From: Leucoraja ocellata
Taxonomy: Eukaryota
Length of the DNA stretch: 64,000 nt
Direction of reading: 5' to 3'
NCBI GenBank assembly: GCA_036785375.1
Contig: JAWMAR010000040.1
Location: 7,626,001 to 7,690,000 of the forward strand
The translations under genes and the position numbers were made by a program. This document shows positions 61,862 to 64,000 of the stretch, one piece after another. Within the stretch, counting starts at the first letter, position 1; each line of letters begins with the position of its first letter. The notes below the pieces were generated by a model. It was not told the DNA's origin and did not search any database. It saw nothing but the letters and a program-made list of their open reading frames with translations.

Positions 61862-62740
61862 TGGGAGGTTTCACGGCAGTTGGGTCACGACCCATGACCC
61901 GTACTGTTGCTACGCTACTCCAAATGGACTGCAGGTAGGCACGCCATTGTTTCCAATGTAGCGAGCCCGTTAAAACCCGCTGAAATTGTCAATTTTTGCG
62001 CTGCAAATAATTATGGAAATCGGGATAAGCGTGTGAGACATTTAGCCTACTTCAGAATTCCAAAAGTGAGGAGAAATGACGGTAGATAGAAGTGAGAGCT
62101 GAAGGGACAACAACAAACAGAGTGCTTGACGAACGTTGACTGTTTGCTCACTACATTTCATCAATAGGCATTATTTGTGTTTTTTCTTGATTTCTTTGGT
62201 ATCTAAAAAATTTCAGAAGTGATAAATCTGGCTGTAAATTTTTTTAAATCGCCCATGGTTCTCAATTGGGTTTTTACATACAAAATGAAAACTCATCTGA
62301 AGAAAAATTTAGTCAGATTGATCACTTCTGAGACTTTTTAGATACCAAAGGAATCAAGAAAAAACACAAATAATGCCACTGTTGATGAAATGCAGTGAGC
62401 AAATGTGATAATTCCCAATATTTTCAATTACGATATCTGCACAGCCAATGTTTACCAAGCACTTTAGCTGCTGTTGTCCCTTCAGCTCTCGCTTCTCTTT
62501 ACCTTAATTTCACTTCACGTTTGGAATTCTAAAGTTGGGTACATGTCTCTCACACTTACCCCGACTTCCACAATTTTTTTCAGCGTAAAAATTCAACATT
62601 TTGGTGGTTTTTAACAGGTAGGAAAGTACGCGTTTCTAGCATTAATGACATATACCGGAAGTGACGGATGTCCTCCAGATGGATTGAGCAGCTCCCTGCG
62701 TCAAGTCCTCTGACCCAGTGACCTTACGTGCAACCCCCCT
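61862..62740. mobile_element. Fold-back non-autonomous ISL2EU/Harbinger-group element with THAP remnants in both arms
   Basis: Ends tgggaggtttcacg / cgtgcaacccccct flanked by AT. Plus arm VNFCAANNYGNR...YFRIPKV...VCSLHF; minus arm MLNFY...CGSR...FRIPNV...ICSLHF. Confidence 0.7.
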
Positions 62741-63297
62741 ATAATAGATGTACCTTTATTCCATTACTTTTTTTCTCTCCATCTTGAAATGTGTTCACTT
62801 ATCTCTTTCTCCGGTTCTGATGACAAATCGTCATCATAAAGTATTAGCTGCACACATCTGCCTTTTTGGGCATTTCCATTTCCTTTCAGTCTGTTTTGCT
62901 TTGAACTTTGTTTTGATCTCCCTGGCAACAAAACCCAAACATACACTTGAGAAACTGCATTTAATACTTCAACTAGACACTTCTAGATTCAGCTTCTGTG
63001 GTCAACAATTTCTGATGATTATTCTGTCATTTTCTCTCGTCCCATCGTTTGCTATTTTACATTTCAAGGCCACCCTCTTTGCTTGTTTCTTTGAACCCCT
63101 TCTGCCTCAGATCTTGTGCCGGATTTGACATCTGGCTCTTCCCCATTCCCACCTTCAATACATCTAACCTCCATCGAGGGTTCATCAGTCTGAAATGCCA
63201 TGTCCACAAGAATTACCTGGATGGTCTCCTTGTGACTTTTTCTGCTTTTAATACAGATTTTCTGGATAAGCAATGTCTGACACTGCTAAGATCTGGG

Positions 63298-63369
63298 TTG
63301 TAGCTGTTTTTGACTCTAAGCTGAGGTTAGAGTCAAAATTGTAGCTGTTTTTGACTCTAAGCTGAGGTT
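63298..63369. repeat. 31-bp direct duplication with inverted spacer
   Basis: ttgtagctgtttttgactctaagctgaggtt at 63298-63328 and 63339-63369. Spacer region ttagagtcaaaa is the reverse complement of 63308-63319. Confidence 0.9.
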
Positions 63370-63654
63370 TTTATTCCCAGCATATATACAGCACGCTAGC
63401 AATACAGGCACATTGACTCTCTCAGTTAAAGACCATGGGCAGCTGGCGACAACCTGAAAGAAAACATTTAGTGTTAAATGAAAAAGATGTCAAAGGAAAA
63501 AAAAACAAATTCCAAGTTACTGTTCTCTCGCCTTTCCTAAAGCTTGCGACTGGGTGTATTCCGGCAGGTTTGGCTAATTTGCCCTCCACTGGAAGTAATT
63601 GCTTGGTATTCACCTAATACTTGTAGCACACATTGACCCGTGTTGAAATAAATA

Positions 63655-63870
63655 CAAAAAATACTGGTAACACTCTGCTGATCAGATAGGATCTATGAGG
63701 GAGCAACACAGTTAATGTTTCTGGTTGAATGCCTTCAATGGGTTAAATTTGAGTTCTGATGAAGAAAGGTATTTGACCTGAAATGTTAGCTTTGTTTTTC
63801 TCCCATACCCGAGTTGCAGAATGTTTCCAGCTTTTTCTGTTTTCAGATTTCCAACATCTACAGTTCTTGT
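63655..63870. mobile_element. Old palindromic Penelope pLTR element
   Basis: Inverted decayed arms around ttctgatgaagaaaggtatttgacctgaaatgttagc. Confidence 0.55.
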
Positions 63871-64000
63871 GATTTGTAACCGCTTGTGTTCATAAGTTTA
63901 TTGAATGGGACTTGGTGGATACCTAACATGATAATACTTCATTTAAAGTAAACTTGAACACTTTGGGAGTCGTGTAAATTATTTTGAAACGGCTGAATAA

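Overview
This is a repeat-dense eukaryotic window with no recognisable host protein-coding exon. The repeat repertoire (HE1/V-SINEs, HER1-like CR1, Rex1/Babar, Penelope-like elements, Harbinger MITEs) points to a cartilaginous fish, probably a skate or ray (inference). The only long ORFs are retrotransposon ORFs. One is an apparently full-length, single-ORF Rex1/Babar LINE (ATG 53058-56048). The other is a young, 5'-truncated CR1 (about 56442-58861). Both are nested in an older Rex1 fossil. The most notable signal is a family of ~95-200 bp Penelope-derived mini-elements, more than 15 copies, several with their own 12-16 bp TSDs. Their 5' end is a minimal hammerhead-ribozyme motif (CUGAAGA-stem II-GAAAC-GUH) with covarying stems, and they often occur as head-to-head or self-nested insertions. 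Other signals are a very decayed gag-pro-pol fossil with retrovirus-type motifs and a candidate LTR (about 25.5-28.6 kb), a CpG-enriched promoter-like region with a clean 82-nt exon (20081-20162), four perfect nuclear-receptor half-sites in 37 bp (59657-59693), a pre-miRNA-like hairpin (50476-50537), an internally deleted Harbinger element, and a fold-back THAP-carrying ISL2EU-like element. Boundaries of old repeats are approximate, and family names come from motif recognition, not database searches.
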